64,000 bases of DNA, from NCBI GenBank assembly GCA_024704765.1, contig JAKMXF010000022.1:372001-436000 (forward strand), given 5' to 3'. Positions within the stretch are counted from its first letter, which is position 1. Each line of letters starts with the position of its first letter. Both the position numbers and the translations under genes were made by a program. The stretch is from Oopsacas minuta (lineage: Eukaryota > Animalia > Porifera). Shown in pieces: positions 61,601 through 64,000 of the stretch. Below the pieces are notes generated by a model. It worked only from the letters and a program-made list of their open reading frames with translations, was not told the origin of the DNA and searched no databases.

Positions 61601-64000
61601 TTAATTATATTTATTAAATTCTATTCTGATCATTTATCCTATTTCTATTCTTGTAGTTCCTTCTGCTGCCCCTAACAACGTTGCAACTAGTGTAGTTAAC
61701 TCTACAGCCATTCTCTTAACATGGGATGCTCCAGACCTCTCTGATAGAAATGGAATCCTCCTCTACTACACACTGACTTACTTCGGTGTAGAATTGGATC
61801 AAGTAGTACGAGTAGTTAATTACACCATTGAAGGTTCTAATCACTCCAATCAGACATACGAATTCTCAGGACTACAGGAATACACTGTGTATGAGTTTAC
61901 TGTTGCTAGTTATACTACAATTGGCAAAGGCACTGCTGCTACTATTGGTCAGAGGACTCTACAATCAGGTATTTAAATGTTTATATGTGTGTTTAGCTTA
62001 ATTGTATCTATTTGTTGATTACCTAATTTTATCCAGGTGTGTAGAAGCGCCATTGGCTATGAATATTGATCTGTTTGAGCAAACGTATATTCTTGTTGGA
62101 ATTGTTGTTGCATTTTGGTTTCAATTTTGATTTATACTTGTATCTTTAATCCTTGTCTTTTAGTTCCCAGTGCCCAACCATCCAATCTGAATGTACAGAT
62201 CCTATCGTCTTCAATCTTAATAGCAACTTGGTATGAACCTCCCTTTTCTGAACAGAACGGTATACTAACAAAGTACAGAGTAACATGGCGTGGTTTGGAG
62301 AGAGACACAGAAGTGAGACTAGAAGACATTCCAGTGAACAGTACCTCCAATACATCTTACGCAATGACTGATCTAGATGCATACACAAGCTATGAAGTGA
62401 ATGTGAGTAGTTTCACTTCAGTAGGAGCTGGTCCAATCTCCAGTTATACAGTGACTACTCTACAAGATAGTGAGTTTAATTTGTTGATACATTTGTATTT
62501 TGGAATGTTGTATCATTCATTCTTTCTCTATTAGTTCCTTCTTCATCTGTTCGTAACCTAACAACATCAACAGAAGATCAGAATGCTACATCGATCTTTG
62601 TTCGTTGGGAAGTACCAATCTTGAATGACCTGAATGGTATTCTAGTCAATTACTCCATCAACTACTCTGGTATAGAGATTGATACAGTTCCCAGAGTCAT
62701 CTACTTGTCTTATCCTAATCTGACTAACCAGTCTATTACTCTAATCCTTCTGGAGGAATACACCACTTACTCCATCAATGTGTCGGCTTACACAAAAGTG
62801 GGTAAAGGTCCTGATGCTATCATCACACAAAGAACCAATCAAGATGGTGAGTATCCTTTGCTTTCTTTTCATGATTTGTTGTGATAACATTGATTTATGA
62901 GTGACTTATTGTTTAGTTCCAACTGATATTCCCACTTCATTCTCTGCTAATGCTATCTCTCCTAACACCATCAACACAACTTGGGAACCTCCAACTGCTT
63001 ACCACTTGGGTGGAGTTATCACATCCTACACACTGACCTATGCTGGAAGAGAGAGACACTCTCTCCTAAAAACTAAAATCCTGACTGTCCTGAATGGAAG
63101 TATTTACATTACTCCTGCTCTGACTGATTTACAAGAAGACACTCATTACTTGATATCTGTTCGAGCTAACACAAGTGTTGGAGCAGGACCTTGGACTAAT
63201 CTAACTGTACACACCCCTGAAGATGGTGAGTTGATTGTTTAGTTTCATTGTATTTATCTCTCGTCGCATTCGTCTGTGAATATTTAATGTTGCACCTGTT
63301 TGTAGTTCCCTCAACTGCTGTTAGAAATGTGAGTACTCTTTCTCCCACCAGCACTTCCATATACGTGTCTTGGTCTGTTCCTATTCCTGATGACCTGAAT
63401 GGGGTTCTTACTCACTATACTGTAACTTACTATGGTGAAGAGATTGACTCTACTGTACGTGTGATTCAATTGAATACATCTAGTCACGGAGACATGAATC
63501 TGACATTGACTAATTTGGAGGAATATACTACTTACTCTGTGAATATATCTGTCTACACCAAAGTAGGGAGAGGTCCAGATGTTCTAATTTATCAAAGAAC
63601 CCTGCAGGATGGTGAGTCATTTTGTTGTTTTATGAGTTCACTTCATATTCCTTAGAATTTATTCACACATTATTGAATGAGAGTATCAATAAATGCCTCT
63701 TTATTTCTAGTGCCATCTGCCACTCCTACTTCTCTAGTTGCCAATGCTATCTCTCCTAACATCATCAATACTACATGGGAAGATCCTCCACCATACCATC
63801 TGGGAGGAGTTCTTACATCCTACACTCTCACTTACAGAGGGTCAGAGAGAGACACCGAGCTTGAAACGATTGATATTCCAGTCTTGAATGGTAGTGTTTA
63901 TATCACTCCTGCTCTGATTGATTTAGAGGAAGATACTACTTATGAAATTTCCGTGAGAGCACACACGACAGTAGGCAGTGGACCTACTCTCAATACCACT
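46622..64000 (+). CDS. Giant extracellular or receptor protein: signal peptide, 2 C-type lectin domains, >=32 FN3 domains; 3' end outside window
   Basis: 31 phase-1 exons traced: 46622-46679 (signal peptide), 47513-47800 and 48216-48614 (CTLDs), FN3 exons at 48695, 49048, 49396, 49763, then the array from 51595. About 3500 codons with no constitutive TM or catalytic domain yet. FN3 style resembles R3-type receptor phosphatases (PTPRQ-like), but that cannot be confirmed here. Confidence 0.9.
46835..47461 (-). mobile_element. Non-autonomous Helitron, second copy, in intron 1 of the lectin-FN3 gene
   Basis: Shares tcgtcgctt.gcgatgaactcg..cattgcgcctcg, the internal repeat (47083, 47225) and the caacggacaaacaaac...tttaataatatagat end with 5119-5594; the hairpin/CTAG end is decayed. 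Confidence 0.7.
50110..51093 (-). CDS. RNASEH2A: Ribonuclease H2 subunit A, nested antisense in an FN3-gene intron
   Basis: GIDEAGRGPVLGPMVY, FADSK, LLDTVG, KADSKFPIVGAASICAKV, GSGYTGDPNT, VRFGWST; intronless; inside host intron 50048-51594. Confidence 0.97.
   Translation of the reverse strand: MAAGYDSAESNYTDDECSTQGRDELISNQTNILGEFYKNHREEEYNRGHNLELFPESPDVTFKESCIVGIDEAGRGPVLGPMVYGICYCPVSKTDTLASLGFADSKELKPSKRDTLMQIMIQQSGMIGRGVEVLSPNYISNCMLARDKINLNVISHNTAIRMIRRLLERGVNISLVLLDTVGDAKSYEKKLNKEFEGKFKIEVHIKADSKFPIVGAASICAKVVRDWCLDNWVFKENVNFTSKLGSGYTGDPNTKAWLSGNLDKVFGYPNIVRFGWSTCRKKLEKAYQVEWEDEEDNDNPKIESFFGKGKVAKSHPFFTERFLENPK
51595..57849 (+). repeat. Tandem duplication, period 2632 bp, ~2.4 copies, exons and introns
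   Basis: Equivalent exon starts at 51595, 54227 and 56859; only a handful of substitutions seen between copies; identity ends at the donor after 57849. Confidence 0.95.
57850..64000 (+). repeat. Rearranged, more diverged copies of the same FN3 exon modules
   Basis: Exons D 58126, E 58497, G 58879, E 59976, F 60358, AB 60978, C 61657, D 62164, E 62535, G 62917, H 63306, G-like 63711. Confidence 0.9.
59372..59485. mobile_element. hAT-type MITE in an FN3-gene intron
   Basis: CAGAGACGACGCTA versus reverse complement CAGTGGCGACGATA; 8-bp target duplication gattcaac / gcttcaac (7/8). Confidence 0.7.

Noticed and set aside
52749-62388. Repeated 72-80-aa minus-strand ORFs
   Set aside because: Antisense to exon D; they recur only because the DNA is duplicated.
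1-64000. Prokaryotic reading (CRISPR array, rRNA, tRNA, bacterial operons)
   Set aside because: Spliceosomal introns and metazoan genes throughout; the repeats are kb-scale exon duplications with no repeat-spacer pattern; no cloverleaf or rRNA-like segment seen.

Overview
Eukaryotic, AT-rich, very compact animal DNA with canonical GT-AG introns of mostly 60-70 nt. The gene set and intron sizes fit a non-bilaterian such as a sponge, but the taxon is an inference. The ORF track misleads here because most genes are spliced, so I rebuilt exon chains by hand. In order: a SID-1 family gene (-, runs off the left edge); an ependymin-related-like secreted protein; a spliced UBA-like gene missed by the ORF track; three tandem Cys-rich membrane microprotein genes (one frameshifted) around a non-autonomous Helitron; a ~23-exon PP2A scaffold A gene (-) whose 3.1-kb intron holds two antisense genes (IFT22 and a 3-exon, diverged chondroitin polymerizing factor/synthase-like gene); G-protein gamma, MRPL17, a Kir channel and an endoglycoceramidase (all -); then a + run of an S/P-rich orphan, a ~4150-aa sacsin-like gene (three HATPase repeats plus HEPN, no J domain, one frameshift), a stand-alone mono-ART PARP, an AMN1-like LRR protein and a tail-less TRIM; a TE-littered spacer; and a giant C-type-lectin + >=32 FN3 gene (+, runs off the right edge) built from a near-identical 2632-bp exon-module tandem array, with RNASEH2A nested antisense in one intron. 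No rRNA, tRNA or CRISPR array was seen. Best leads: the FN3 array with a candidate cryptic stop/membrane-anchor exon repeated in its units, the microprotein cluster, the sacsin-PARP-LRR-TRIM block, and operon-like gene packing.
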